64,000 nucleotides of DNA from an uncultured Gammaproteobacteria bacterium (GCA_964612105.1 CAZTEU010000001.1:4047-68046), one strand, 5' to 3'. Positions 1 through 10,620 are shown, counted from the stretch's first letter. Numbers and translations: made by a program. Notes: generated from the letters alone by a model not told the origin.

Positions 1-1063
1 AGTTCCAGAAAAAGATTTGCCAGTCATCCTTCCAGATGATGTGGATTTTAAGCCAACAGGGGAGTCACCACTAAATTATTCAAAAGATTATAACAAGGGG
101 GTAGAAAAGAAGTACGGAAAAGGTTGGAAGAGAGAACCAGACACACTGGATACGTTTATGTGTTCTAGTTGGTATTTCTTTAGGTATCTAGATCCAAATA
201 ACAATAAAGAGTTTGCATCTAAAGAGCAATTAAAAAAATGGATGCCTGTAGATTTTTACCTAGGTGGTGCAGAACATGTTAACGGACACTTATTGTATGC
301 TCGTTTCTTCACCAAAGTATTACATGATGCGGGTTATATAGATTTTGACGAGCCTTTTGCAGTTAATAGGCACCAGGGATTAATTCTTGGGGCAGATCAT
401 AAGAAAATGAGTAAGAGGTGGGGAAATGTTGTTAATCCAACAGACGTTGTAAATGAATATGGTGCAGACACTTGTAGGATGTATGAGATGTTTATGGGTC
501 CGCTAGAAGACGCAAAACCATGGGACACAAACGGAGTAAAGGGTGTAAGAAGGTTTTTGGAAAAGGTGTGGAAGTTGAGAGACAAGGTTGGAGGAGAGAC
601 AGATGAATCTGAAAAAGTATTGCATAAGACAGTAAAAAAAGTTACAGAAGATCTAGATAGGTTAAGTTACAATACTGCAATTGCAAAATTAATGGAGCTG
701 GTAAATGTGTGGGTAAAGCAAAAGAGTATTCCTAAGGATAGTTTTGGAACGTTTATAAAAATGCTTTCACCGTTTGCTCCTCATATGGCAGAGGAGTTGT
801 GGAGTGAGTTGGAAAATAAGAAGTCTATATCATCAGAAAAATGGCCAAAGTTTGATACTAAATTAATAAAAGAAGACATAATTACACTAGCTGTACAAGT
901 GAATGGGAAGGTGCGTGCGACAGTGGAAGTTCCAGCAGATATTTCTGAGAAAGATGCAGAGAAAGAGGCTTTATCTAATGATAATGTAAAAAAATGGTTG
1001 GAAGGAAAAAAACCAAAAAAAGTTATATACATAAAGGGTAAACTAGTTTCTATAGTTACATAG
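1..1063 (+). CDS. leuS: Leucine--tRNA ligase, C-terminal part (5' end outside window)
   Basis: TLDTFMCSSWY, GGAEH..HLLYARF, KMSKR (KMSKS) motif, C-terminal VQVNGKVR. Confidence 0.97.
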   Translation, partial: VPEKDLPVILPDDVDFKPTGESPLNYSKDYNKGVEKKYGKGWKREPDTLDTFMCSSWYFFRYLDPNNNKEFASKEQLKKWMPVDFYLGGAEHVNGHLLYARFFTKVLHDAGYIDFDEPFAVNRHQGLILGADHKKMSKRWGNVVNPTDVVNEYGADTCRMYEMFMGPLEDAKPWDTNGVKGVRRFLEKVWKLRDKVGGETDESEKVLHKTVKKVTEDLDRLSYNTAIAKLMELVNVWVKQKSIPKDSFGTFIKMLSPFAPHMAEELWSELENKKSISSEKWPKFDTKLIKEDIITLAVQVNGKVRATVEVPADISEKDAEKEALSNDNVKKWLEGKKPKKVIYIKGKLVSIVT

Positions 1064-1081
1064 CAATTAAAAGGAGGGGGT

Positions 1082-2527
1082 ATGTTGGAGGACATATTAA
1101 AATCAAAAAGCAAAAGATTCATAGTCTTTTGTTTTTGTTTTCTTTTGGGAGTTGCAATTGCCTCTCTTTTAGAAATTACAAATCGTACATATATCCTAAT
1201 ATGTTCTTTTATTTTTGTAACATTATTAATTGCATATTGGGATAATAAAAGAAAAATGTTTTTTGTTATTTGTCTGTTATTATTATTTCTAGGCATGTCT
1301 CGTTATACTATTTCTTTTCCAGAAAAGAGAATAAGGGAAACAAAAAAAGAGGTTGTTGGATATATTTCTGCAGAGCCAGATGTTCGTATGGATGGTGTGC
1401 GGTACATTGTTATGACAGAAGATATTGGGCGTGTTTATGTAAAATCCTTTTTATATCCAAGATACAATTATGGAGATACGTTAAAACTAAAATGCAATAT
1501 ACAAATACCAGAGCAGATAGAGGATTTTCGTTATGATATGTACCTAGCGCGTTATAAAGTGTTTGCAATTTGTGGAAATGGATTTATTACGGATATTGGA
1601 GAGATAGATGGGTCATTTATTTTAAGAAATATTTATTTGTTTAAGAATATAATAGCAAAGAAGATTAACTTGCTTTGGCACGAACCACACGCAAGTTTTA
1701 TGGCTGGACTTTTATACGGCTATCGTGGGGGATTGGGGAGTCTCAATGAATTATTTAGTAGAACAGGTGTTACACACATTGTGGCTATCTCTGGATATAA
1801 CATAACAATTATTTCTACGATCCTATCTAGCATATTAGTCCAATTATCTATTCCAAGAAAAAAAGCTTTTTATTTTATAGTTTCTGGGATTACTGTTTTT
1901 GTTATCTTTGCTGGACTAAGTGCATCTGTAGTAAGGGCAGGTGTAATGGGAATTGTTGTTCTAATGGCAAGGCAGTCAGGTAGATCTTCACGTGTAGGAA
2001 ATGTTCTTGTCCTTACTGCTGTAATTATGACAGTACAAAACCCATTAATACTAATGTGGGATGCTGGTTTCCAACTCTCTTTCATTTCTACTTTAGGTCT
2101 GGTGTATGTAAGCCCTTTGTTTTCTACTTCTTTTAAGAAGATTCCAGAGACTCTTGGGCTTCGTGAGTCTATAGAAGCTACGCTTTCCGCAACCATTGCA
2201 ACACTTCCACTTATACTTTTTCAGTTTAAAAGACTTTCTGTTGTGGCTGTAATAGTAAATGTTCTTATATTATGGATAATCCCACTTCTTATGTTGCTTG
2301 GATTTCTAGCTGTTGTAATGAGCTTCATTTTTATTCCACTTGCAAATATTATTGCATGGCTTGCTTGGGTTGGATTAAGTTATATTATTTTTATTGTGAA
2401 GTGGTTTGCCGGCCTTAGTTTTGCTGCGGTGGATATACAGATTCCGTGGTGGGGGATGGTAGTTTCTTATCTATTAATTATTTATATGTGCAAAAGACCA
2501 AACAAAAAAACACCTTTCGGTGTCTAG
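1082..2527 (+). CDS. comEC: ComEC/Rec2 competence membrane channel domain protein
   Basis: GVTHIVAISGYN, SVVRA, GFQLSF motifs; many TM segments; GGAGG SD upstream. Confidence 0.9.
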   Translation: MLEDILKSKSKRFIVFCFCFLLGVAIASLLEITNRTYILICSFIFVTLLIAYWDNKRKMFFVICLLLLFLGMSRYTISFPEKRIRETKKEVVGYISAEPDVRMDGVRYIVMTEDIGRVYVKSFLYPRYNYGDTLKLKCNIQIPEQIEDFRYDMYLARYKVFAICGNGFITDIGEIDGSFILRNIYLFKNIIAKKINLLWHEPHASFMAGLLYGYRGGLGSLNELFSRTGVTHIVAISGYNITIISTILSSILVQLSIPRKKAFYFIVSGITVFVIFAGLSASVVRAGVMGIVVLMARQSGRSSRVGNVLVLTAVIMTVQNPLILMWDAGFQLSFISTLGLVYVSPLFSTSFKKIPETLGLRESIEATLSATIATLPLILFQFKRLSVVAVIVNVLILWIIPLLMLLGFLAVVMSFIFIPLANIIAWLAWVGLSYIIFIVKWFAGLSFAAVDIQIPWWGMVVSYLLIIYMCKRPNKKTPFGV

Positions 2528-2814
2528 TTAATTATTTAGTTTTGACTCACCGGAGACCAACCTAGACGCGCGTTTGCGTTTTGGTTGGTCTCCGGTTCGT
2601 CAGAGTCTCCTTTCGTTGCGTGACAACTAGCTAGTGTCAGGGGCATAGCGGAGGTACATGATGTACTTTTGATGTCGTTACCGACTCTGGTGTGATAGCT
2701 CTACCCTACGGGAGGGTAAGAGTTATGTGCGCCAGGGGGTCACGCGACCCTTCATGCTGTTCTCCAGGTGTAGCATGGTTTGTGCACGCGGATGTGCTAT
2801 AGGCAAGCTTGGCT
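2503..2814 (-). ncRNA. Putative ~310-nt structured non-coding RNA of unknown family
   Basis: GC-rich interval bounded by a minus-strand sigma70 promoter and an intrinsic terminator; at least 6 hairpins; no long ORF. Confidence 0.6.
2504..2523 (-). terminator. Intrinsic terminator of minus-strand RNA
   Basis: Minus strand ACACC-GAAA-GGTGT followed by T-tract. Confidence 0.65.
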
Positions 2815-2819
2815 GGGAA

Positions 2820-2848
2820 AGTATAGCACAAAATAGTCGCTATGTCAA
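2820..2848 (-). promoter_or_regulatory. Sigma70-type promoter (TTGACA-17-TATACT, extended TG)
   Basis: Reverse complement reads TTGACA tagcgactattttgtgc TATACT. Confidence 0.75.
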
Positions 2849-2854
2849 GGTCTT

Positions 2855-3739
2855 ATGAGTGATAAAATAGAAAAAATAGCTTATTTTAGCCTAATTCTAC
2901 TAATTGTGGTTTTGGTCCTAATTTGGTTTATAAGGGAAAAACAGCCTGTGGATAACTCAAATATGCTAAAAATCACTTTTTTGGATATTGGACAGGGTGA
3001 TGCTACATTTATTGAATTTCCTAGCGGTGAACAGATGTTAATTGACTGTGCGATAGACGCTGTGGTTGTGGAAGCACTTGGTCGAACTATGGATTTTTAT
3101 GATAGGACAATTGATTATCTTGTTGTAACGCATCCAGACTTAGATCACTACGGTGGGTGTGCAGATGTTCTATATCGTTTTAATATTAAACATATTATTT
3201 ATAATGGTTTTCAGAAACCAAATAGTGGAGTGTGGAATGGATTTATGGATGCAGTAGAAAAAGAAATAGACCAGGGTGCCGAATATATAATTGCAGATAA
3301 TGTTTTTGATTTGAAAGTTGATGATGTGTACATTTCCTATTTGTTTCCAGACAGGCCTGTAGATGTGGAGGATACAAATAACAATACCTCAATTGTAATG
3401 CGTATAAGTTATGGCGAGCAGGATGTGTTATTAACTGCTGATGCTGAAAAAGAGTTAGAACAATATCTTGTCGATGTCTATGATAATGAGCTGGATGTCG
3501 AAATATTAAAAGTTGGACACCATGGCTCATTAACATCTAGTATTTTAGAATTCCTGGGAGTTACATCGCCAAAGGATGCGATAATATCTTCTGGTGAAGA
3601 AAATAATTTTGGACATCCATCTGCTCGTATTATTAAGAGAATTGAACGTAAAGGTGTAAACATTTGGCGAACAGACCAACAAGGTGATATAATAGCTGAG
3701 ATTTATCCACAATTATATACAATCAACTCAAGTAAATAA
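2855..3739 (+). CDS. ComEC-associated metallo-beta-lactamase-fold hydrolase
   Basis: FLDIGQGD, THPDLDHYGG, KVGHHGS, FGHP, RTDQQG motifs; N-terminal TM anchor. Confidence 0.9.
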   Translation: MSDKIEKIAYFSLILLIVVLVLIWFIREKQPVDNSNMLKITFLDIGQGDATFIEFPSGEQMLIDCAIDAVVVEALGRTMDFYDRTIDYLVVTHPDLDHYGGCADVLYRFNIKHIIYNGFQKPNSGVWNGFMDAVEKEIDQGAEYIIADNVFDLKVDDVYISYLFPDRPVDVEDTNNNTSIVMRISYGEQDVLLTADAEKELEQYLVDVYDNELDVEILKVGHHGSLTSSILEFLGVTSPKDAIISSGEENNFGHPSARIIKRIERKGVNIWRTDQQGDIIAEIYPQLYTINSSK

Positions 3740-3741
3740 TT

Positions 3742-5148
3742 ATGAAAAAAGCATTATTTTTTGGAGTAGTCTTTTCGTTTCTTATTCTCATAGGTTCTGC
3801 TTCTGCTGAATCTTTTAATTTTTGGGTAAGTAACAACATACTCCTATCTCCAGGTGAGCATTTTGCCGGTGATACAGTAAACGTATACACTGTTGTTGTT
3901 AATAACAACTTTGATAATTTGACTTCTAAAGTGGAATTCCTAAACCATGGAAAAGTTATAGGTAGTACTTCTGTGTCTAATCTAAGTTTTGAAGAAGCAA
4001 AGCAAGTAAAAATAGGATATAAACTACCCGCAGGAAAACAGGAGTTTGCAGTACGCCTTTCTAATGTGCGTGTAGTAGAAGACAGCTCATCAAGATCTTT
4101 GTCATCTGAAGAGGTGGCAACATTTGATTCACAAGCAGTTTTTGATATAGATATTGACACAGATAATGACGATATTGGTGATAAGAAAGATCCTGATGAT
4201 GATAATGATGGGCTTAGTGACTCAGAAGAATATGAAATTGGATCTGACAAAAAGAAGGTAGACACAGATGGGGACACAATAAATGACAAGATTGAGGTAG
4301 ACAGAGGTCTAGATCCTACGAAATCAGATACAGATGGGGATGGTGTAAAGGATAATAAAGACCTGTTCCCAATCGACAAAGGAGAATGGGTTGATGCAGA
4401 TGGAGATGGAATTGGTGACAACAGCGATCCAGATGATGATAATGATGGATTAAGCGATAAAGATGAAAAGAAGTTGGGCAGTGATCCACACAAGGCAGAC
4501 ACAGATGGTGACGGGTTAAGCGACTCTGAAGAGAAAAAATATGGTAGCAGTCCTACAAAATCTGACACGGATGGTGATGGTATAGATGATAAGACGGAAG
4601 TTGCCAATAAGACAAATCCAGCAAATGCTGATTCAGACAATGATGGACTTAGTGACTCACAGGAAGTTCAATACAAGACAGATCCAAATAATAAGGATTC
4701 AGATGGTGATGGACTTAATGATGGAGAGGAGATAAAAAAAGGAACCAATCCTCTCAAAGAGGATTCAGATGGTGATGGTGTTCCAGATTTGACTGATATG
4801 TTTCCTTTAGATGAGAATGAGTCTGTCGATACAGACTTGGATGGAATAGGGAATAACGCAGATGAAGATGATGACAATGATGGACTAAGTGATAAAGAAG
4901 AGGAAGAGAAGGGGACAGATCCATTACTTTCAGATACAGATGATGATGGTGTTTCTGATGCTGATGAAGTGAAAGATGGGACAGACCCGCTAGAAGGGGA
5001 CACAGATGGAGATGGAACGAAGGACTCAAAAGATGATGATCCTTTGGTTCCTTCCAAGTTTAATAAAAAGCGTGCGGTCGGAATTGGGGCGTTAATCTCA
5101 TTTATACTAGCTGTTGGATTCTACGGAGCATATAGCGTTAAGAAATAA
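3742..5148 (+). CDS. Surface protein with signal peptide, Ig-like domain, thrombospondin type-3-like Ca-binding repeats and C-terminal TM anchor
   Basis: Many DxDGDGLSD / DTDGDG repeats; hydrophobic N- and C-termini. Confidence 0.8.
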   Translation: MKKALFFGVVFSFLILIGSASAESFNFWVSNNILLSPGEHFAGDTVNVYTVVVNNNFDNLTSKVEFLNHGKVIGSTSVSNLSFEEAKQVKIGYKLPAGKQEFAVRLSNVRVVEDSSSRSLSSEEVATFDSQAVFDIDIDTDNDDIGDKKDPDDDNDGLSDSEEYEIGSDKKKVDTDGDTINDKIEVDRGLDPTKSDTDGDGVKDNKDLFPIDKGEWVDADGDGIGDNSDPDDDNDGLSDKDEKKLGSDPHKADTDGDGLSDSEEKKYGSSPTKSDTDGDGIDDKTEVANKTNPANADSDNDGLSDSQEVQYKTDPNNKDSDGDGLNDGEEIKKGTNPLKEDSDGDGVPDLTDMFPLDENESVDTDLDGIGNNADEDDDNDGLSDKEEEEKGTDPLLSDTDDDGVSDADEVKDGTDPLEGDTDGDGTKDSKDDDPLVPSKFNKKRAVGIGALISFILAVGFYGAYSVKK

Positions 5149-5150
5149 TT

Positions 5151-5840
5151 ATGAAAAAAAGGATTATAATTTCCGTAGGTGGTTCTATTGTTATTCCAAC
5201 AACAGGTTTTAATGTCTCTTTTCTAAAGAAATTTCGTCAATTAATAATAAAACATGTAAAAAAAGGGAATGAGTTTATCCTAGTAATAGGGGGTGGTTCT
5301 ACATGCAGGGACTATCAGCAGGCAGCAAAAAAGGTTCAACCAAAACTATCAGATAAGGACTTGGATTGGATAGGTATTCACACAACACGATTTAATGCAC
5401 AGTTTGTAAGATACCTATTTAAAGACATTTCTGCAGAGGAAATTATCACAGACCCACATAAGACAGTAAAAACAAAAAAACCTATAATCATAGGTGCTGG
5501 ATATGAGCCAGGACACTCAACAGATATGGATGCTGTATTGTTAGCCAAAAAATACAATGCTAAAACTGTAATTAATCTTTCTAATATAGATTACGTATTT
5601 ACAAAGGACCCTAGTAAATACAGAGACGCCAAAAAGATAAAAGAAATAGATTGGAAGACTTTTCGCAAAGATATTGTTGGAAATAAGTGGGATCCAGGAA
5701 AGAATGCACCTTTTGATCCTATAGCTAGTAGAGAGGCAGAGAAAATTGGTTTAACAGTATCAATTTTGCGTGGTACAAATCTTAAAGAGGTAGGCAATGC
5801 AATTTCTGGAAAAAACTTTAAAGGAACAATAATAAAATAA
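5151..5840 (+). CDS. pyrH: UMP kinase (archaeal-type)
   Basis: ISVGGS, VIGGG, DWIGI.TTRFNA, PGHSTD..A, PFDP motifs. Confidence 0.85.
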   Translation: MKKRIIISVGGSIVIPTTGFNVSFLKKFRQLIIKHVKKGNEFILVIGGGSTCRDYQQAAKKVQPKLSDKDLDWIGIHTTRFNAQFVRYLFKDISAEEIITDPHKTVKTKKPIIIGAGYEPGHSTDMDAVLLAKKYNAKTVINLSNIDYVFTKDPSKYRDAKKIKEIDWKTFRKDIVGNKWDPGKNAPFDPIASREAEKIGLTVSILRGTNLKEVGNAISGKNFKGTIIK

Positions 5841-5876
5841 AAAAATTCCAGACTTATATCTGGGTTTTTAATATAG

Positions 5877-6578
5877 TTATAATTTTGTAAACCTAAGCTT
5901 AATAATAACCAGGAAGAATTCCACTATATCTTTTTTTGATAATTTTGACTTCCCCTCTTGTCTGTCTATGAAGGAAACTGGAACTTCACTTATTAAAAAA
6001 CCGGCTTTTTGGGTTCTATAGAGCATCTCTTCTTGAAATGCATAGCCATTACTCCTTATTTCATTTAGTTTGATACTTTCCAAAACTCTCCTCTTGTAAC
6101 ACCTAAAACCAGATGTAACATCCTTTGCCTTTAGACCAAGTAGTGTCCTTGAAAGCCACATGGCTCCATTACTCATGAATTTTCTTATCCAACCCCACCC
6201 AATTATTCTACCCCCCTCAATTTTCCGCGAACCTATCACTAAATCGTAATCATTTCCTGTCTTATACAGTAGGGGAATGTCATCTGGATCATGTGAAAAG
6301 TCTGCATCCATTTCAAATATATGAGTGGCTCCAATGTCTAGAGCACGTCTAAATCCAGCAATATATGCAGATCCGAGCCCAAACTTACCTTTACGCTCTA
6401 TTAAGGAAACTGGATACTGAGCCTGTAATGACTTAACAACATTAGCTGTACCATCTGGTGAGCTATCATCTACAACAATTATTTCAAGATTTTCAACTCC
6501 ATTAGAAAAAATTCTAGTAATCAGTTTACCTATATTGTCTCTTTCATTATAAGTTGGTATAACTATAATTGGCTTCAC
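5877..6578 (-). CDS. GT2 polyprenol-monophosphomannose synthase-like glycosyltransferase
   Basis: IPTYNE, VVDDSSPDGT, MDADFSH, DVTSGFRCY. Confidence 0.9.
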   Translation of the reverse strand: MKPIIVIPTYNERDNIGKLITRIFSNGVENLEIIVVDDSSPDGTANVVKSLQAQYPVSLIERKGKFGLGSAYIAGFRRALDIGATHIFEMDADFSHDPDDIPLLYKTGNDYDLVIGSRKIEGGRIIGWGWIRKFMSNGAMWLSRTLLGLKAKDVTSGFRCYKRRVLESIKLNEIRSNGYAFQEEMLYRTQKAGFLISEVPVSFIDRQEGKSKLSKKDIVEFFLVIIKLRFTKL

Positions 6579-6638
6579 AACTATTGATAATTTAGCTAAA
6601 TTATGTAACTATAAACATAATTATTTTACCCCTTGGTC

Positions 6639-7772
6639 ATGGACAAGTCAACATATAAAATCTACTCGCAGTCTGGGGAAGCATGGGATGCCATGTACGA
6701 CGAGATTGCGAAAGCTAAAAAATCAGTATACTGGGAGCTTTTTATTTTTGTAGATGACAAAGAGGGAAATAGGTTCTTCGATTTATTGCAGAATAAATCT
6801 AGAAATGGTGTGGATGTAAAAATAATTGTAGATTCTTTGGGTAGTTTTGGTCTTTCAAGGAAAACCGTTAATAAACTAAAAAAAACAGGGGTAGATATAA
6901 GATTCTTTCATGAAAGAAAAAATAGGTATAGAGGAATATGGAAGAAGATGATATCTCGTACTCACAGGAAGATTCTTGTTGTTGATGAAGAAGTTGGCTT
7001 CATTGGTGGGGTAAATATACAGGCTTCCATGAAGGAGTGGTTAGATATTCATGTAAGAATAGAAGGAAATCCTGTTCATTCACTACTTAGGGCGTTCGCA
7101 AAAATGTATATCATATGTGGTGGCCCAAAGAAAAACGTAAAACACCTACTAAAATATAAGTTTAGGGTAAAGCAAGATTTTGTAGATTTTATATATGATG
7201 ATGCTGGTACAAAAAAATCCCTTGCTAGGAAGAAATACACAGAAGCCCTACTAAAAGCTAGGGAGCGTGTAATACTATTCTCTCCCTACTACTTCCCAGA
7301 CAAGAAATTCATGCACGCGCTTTGGAAGGCCAGGAAGAGGGGGGTCAGGGTGGATTTGTTGATTCCATATCGTACAGATGTCCGTATTGCAACGTATGCT
7401 GGGTATGCATGGCTCTCCCTTATGAAGAAATTGGGAGTGAAAGTTCATATGACAGATAAAATGATGCATGGAAAAGGTGTTGTTATGGATGATGAATGGG
7501 CAATGGTAGGTAGTAGTAATATAGATCATGGCAGTTTTTTTGATAACTATGAAGCCAATATACACAGTAGTGATCACAATTTTGTATCTGACCTCAAAAA
7601 CACTATCCAAGGATGGATGTCGTTATCTAAAAAACTTGATGATATATTGTGGGAAAAAAGGGGTAGATTACAGAAATTTAAGGAATGGATAGCTGTAAAG
7701 TTATATACAATATGGTATCCAGATTTTGACTCTTCTAATATTAAAAATAGCAATAATAAAAAGAAGAAATAA
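6639..7772 (+). CDS. cls: Cardiolipin synthase / phospholipase D family
   Basis: Two HKD motifs (HRKILVVD, HGKGVVMDD); start taken at first ATG. Confidence 0.85.
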   Translation: MDKSTYKIYSQSGEAWDAMYDEIAKAKKSVYWELFIFVDDKEGNRFFDLLQNKSRNGVDVKIIVDSLGSFGLSRKTVNKLKKTGVDIRFFHERKNRYRGIWKKMISRTHRKILVVDEEVGFIGGVNIQASMKEWLDIHVRIEGNPVHSLLRAFAKMYIICGGPKKNVKHLLKYKFRVKQDFVDFIYDDAGTKKSLARKKYTEALLKARERVILFSPYYFPDKKFMHALWKARKRGVRVDLLIPYRTDVRIATYAGYAWLSLMKKLGVKVHMTDKMMHGKGVVMDDEWAMVGSSNIDHGSFFDNYEANIHSSDHNFVSDLKNTIQGWMSLSKKLDDILWEKRGRLQKFKEWIAVKLYTIWYPDFDSSNIKNSNNKKKK

Positions 7773-7854
7773 TTTTATCCACAAGCTTTAAGTTCAATAT
7801 CTACTGCTATAATGGTATAATCATTGCAGTAGATATTTTTTATCCAAAATATTT

Positions 7855-8289
7855 GTGTTAAACAAAAGAAAGAAGGACGAACTTCATTTTTCTGTTTCTG
7901 TTCCAACGCTTATCTCACTAGTGGCTTTGGTTGTTGTGTTGCTTGTGGCTTGGAAACTTTTTGATAATCCTAACAATTTAACTACAGACAATACAAGTAA
8001 AACTACTGTAGAAGAGAATATTCTCAAAGGTGATAGCTCAGACTATTTAGATATTGAAGCAACAGATTCTAATTCCAAGTCTATTGTAGAGGCAGTTTCA
8101 AAGCACATACTCCTTCCAAAGGGGAATATTGAAATACACACAATAAAAGATATTGATTTACTTAGAGAAAAAGGACCTACACTTTTTCAGTTCGCGAAGA
8201 ACGGCGATAAAATGCTAGTCAGCAAGAATAGAATAATAATTTTTGATCCGGAATTAGACAAGGTTGTAGATGTAATTAGACCACAATAA
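7855..8289 (+). CDS. Hypothetical membrane-anchored protein
   Basis: 144-aa ORF with single N-terminal TM; TATAAT boxes upstream. Confidence 0.7.
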   Translation: MLNKRKKDELHFSVSVPTLISLVALVVVLLVAWKLFDNPNNLTTDNTSKTTVEENILKGDSSDYLDIEATDSNSKSIVEAVSKHILLPKGNIEIHTIKDIDLLREKGPTLFQFAKNGDKMLVSKNRIIIFDPELDKVVDVIRPQ

Positions 8290-8331
8290 TACTAAATATT
8301 TTAATTAGTCATTAATTTAATATATATATAT

Positions 8332-9189
8332 ATGACATATCATAGAGCTTTATTGCAGAGAAGCTCAACAAAAGTATGGCTTGTTGCTGTACTTATAGCC
8401 TCTGCTTTAATTATGTTGCTACCTATGGCTTCTGCCTCAGCAGCAACAACAGTAGGAAACAATGTTTCTGTTGGTGGAACACTTGCCGCGACAGGTGCAA
8501 CAACACTAAACGGAGCTGTTACACTTGGTGATGCTACAGGAGATAGTATAACAGTAAGAGGAAGGTTAGCAGCGGATTTAGATCCAAATGCTGATAATAG
8601 TATTAACTTAGGTGCGTTTGGACTAGCATATTCAGACATATATGCATCTGGTACCATTTACCTATCATCAGTGAATGTACTGGAGAATGGAAATATTACA
8701 TTCGGAACAAGTACAAGTAACACAATCACTCCAACAGCAAGATTTGCAGGAGACTTAGACCCTAGCACAAACAACGCAAGAGACTTTGGTCTGTTTGGTA
8801 ATGCTTGGAATGATTTATTTGCCTCTGGTACAGTTTACGCTGGAGTATACGAGGGAGTTGCGACGTCCACATTCAACGAACAAAGTGGTGACTACGACTT
8901 TAGAGTAGAGTCAAACAATAAAACTCACGCATTATTTGTAGACGCAGGTAATGATCTTGTATCATTCGGTTCAACAACGCCAAACAGTGAATATGGTATA
9001 GACTTCCACAACAATGGAGCAACAAGTTCAATAGCAATCTCATCAGCTGGGTCGTACACAGGCGGATGTCTTGCAATTGAGATGGTTAATGGGGGATTCT
9101 TATTCCTGTACGCAGACGCAGGGGGTAGATTTGTAACATCGACTGGAATATTAGGAAGTGCAGAAGATTGTACTCAGGGAGACGAATAA
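8332..9189 (+). CDS. Secreted hypothetical protein with internal beta-rich repeats
   Basis: Signal peptide (ASA-A); two copies of DLDP...N...G.FG.A..D..ASGT.Y. Confidence 0.7.
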   Translation: MTYHRALLQRSSTKVWLVAVLIASALIMLLPMASASAATTVGNNVSVGGTLAATGATTLNGAVTLGDATGDSITVRGRLAADLDPNADNSINLGAFGLAYSDIYASGTIYLSSVNVLENGNITFGTSTSNTITPTARFAGDLDPSTNNARDFGLFGNAWNDLFASGTVYAGVYEGVATSTFNEQSGDYDFRVESNNKTHALFVDAGNDLVSFGSTTPNSEYGIDFHNNGATSSIAISSAGSYTGGCLAIEMVNGGFLFLYADAGGRFVTSTGILGSAEDCTQGDE

Positions 9190-9210
9190 TACAGAACGTA
9201 AACAACTACT

Positions 9211-10581
9211 ATGAAAAAAATATTAATCATTATAGCTGTTCTGTTGTTTACCCCATCCGCTGCTTTTGCATACAACACTGTTACTGCAGACGATAGCCTA
9301 ATGTCATTCTCTTTATCAGATACTGGAAATACATATACCTTAGGGCTGAATTCAAGAATAGACTCTTTCACTGTGAATAGTGGATCAATAGAACTTACTG
9401 CTGCAGCAAATTCAATGTTTGTTATTACATCCTCGGATAGGAATGATTTTTCCATAGGAGGAAGTAATTGTACTTTACAACAGAGAACCTGTTCTTCATC
9501 TGAATCATCAATTACTGTAGACTGTTTAGCTGATGTAGCAAGTCATACAATTACTATTACACCTTCTGGAACATGTTCTTCAGATGATGACGTAAATTTA
9601 CAAACAGCAGGCGGTGGAGGTTCTTCAGGTGGCGGTGGAGGTGGAGGAGGTTCTTCCTCAGGCTCTTCGGAGTCTTCAGATGAGCCGGCAGCACAGTCAG
9701 TTTCATTCAAGATAGGTTCACCGGTGATATTGAATTTAGCGCCTGGAGTTAGTCACAAAGCGACAGTATCATCCGCAACTGATTCAGAAGTGTCTCTAAC
9801 AATAGAATCAGATCCTATAGATTTGACCCTAGCAAAGAATGAGAGCAAGGATTTGGACACAGACAGTGATGGAAAAAATGATCTTAGGGTACTATATCAA
9901 GGTCTTGACAATGGTAAACCAAAACTTGTGTTTACAGTAATTGCTGTTGATAAGGATGGAGATGCAAAGCCGGTTCTTATCAAGAAGAAAGTGGATGGTT
10001 GTGCTCTAGACAAGGAAACAGCTTACAAGCACAGTAAATCAAGATCTGTTTACTACGTTACCAAGGACTGTACAAAAAGAGCGTTTAAGAATCCAAAAAT
10101 ATTCTTTACCTACTTTGATTCTTGGGGTGATGTAAAGGTGGCTGATAAAACAACACTTGAGGGTATTTCGGATGATGAGTTAGACTTCATGCCATGGGGA
10201 CCAAAATTTGATCCTCAGTACGGAGCACTTGTAAAGGTTACATCAGATCCAAAGGTTTACCTATTACTTGGTACAACAAGGTATTGGATAACTTCAGAAG
10301 ATGTATTTAACACACTAAAATACTCATGGAATTGGATTGAAGACATTGCTGACTCCCTTCTTGCTAAATACACAGAAGGAAGCGAGATAACAGATACAAC
10401 AAAGCATCCAGATCACACTTTGGTCAAGTATAAGAATGATCCAAAGACATATAAGCTTGAGGATGGAAAGAAAAGACATATTAAGGATGAGAAGGCTTTC
10501 GTGAAGCTTAAATACAGATGGGATCGCATTGTGACAATAGATGATAGTGAAACATATCCAGATGGAGAGCAGTTAGAATAG
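9211..10581 (+). CDS. Secreted/surface protein with Gly-Ser linker and C-terminal repeated domains
   Basis: Signal peptide (AFA), GGGGSSGGGG linker, repeated LVK...DPKVY/TY units. Confidence 0.7.
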   Translation: MKKILIIIAVLLFTPSAAFAYNTVTADDSLMSFSLSDTGNTYTLGLNSRIDSFTVNSGSIELTAAANSMFVITSSDRNDFSIGGSNCTLQQRTCSSSESSITVDCLADVASHTITITPSGTCSSDDDVNLQTAGGGGSSGGGGGGGGSSSGSSESSDEPAAQSVSFKIGSPVILNLAPGVSHKATVSSATDSEVSLTIESDPIDLTLAKNESKDLDTDSDGKNDLRVLYQGLDNGKPKLVFTVIAVDKDGDAKPVLIKKKVDGCALDKETAYKHSKSRSVYYVTKDCTKRAFKNPKIFFTYFDSWGDVKVADKTTLEGISDDELDFMPWGPKFDPQYGALVKVTSDPKVYLLLGTTRYWITSEDVFNTLKYSWNWIEDIADSLLAKYTEGSEITDTTKHPDHTLVKYKNDPKTYKLEDGKKRHIKDEKAFVKLKYRWDRIVTIDDSETYPDGEQLE

Positions 10582-10591
10582 TACAGACATT

Positions 10592-10620
10592 AAAAAGCCC
10601 CGAGAAATCGGGGCTTTTTT
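10592..10620. terminator. Bidirectional intrinsic terminator
   Basis: AAAAAGCCCCGA-GAAA-TCGGGGCTTTTT between convergent genes. Confidence 0.8.

Noticed and set aside
2503-2814. RNase P RNA, tmRNA or SRP RNA assignment
   Set aside because: No GAGGAAAGTCC, tmRNA termini/tag or SRP helix-8 motif recognised.
4150-5045. Repetitive DNA resembling a repeat array/CRISPR
   Set aside because: Degenerate protein-coding DxDGDG repeats; no identical repeat-spacer structure and no cas genes.
3723-5057. Long antisense Ser/Pro-rich ORFs (3723-4640, 4668-5057)
   Set aside because: Shadows of the Asp/Gly repeat gene on the + strand.
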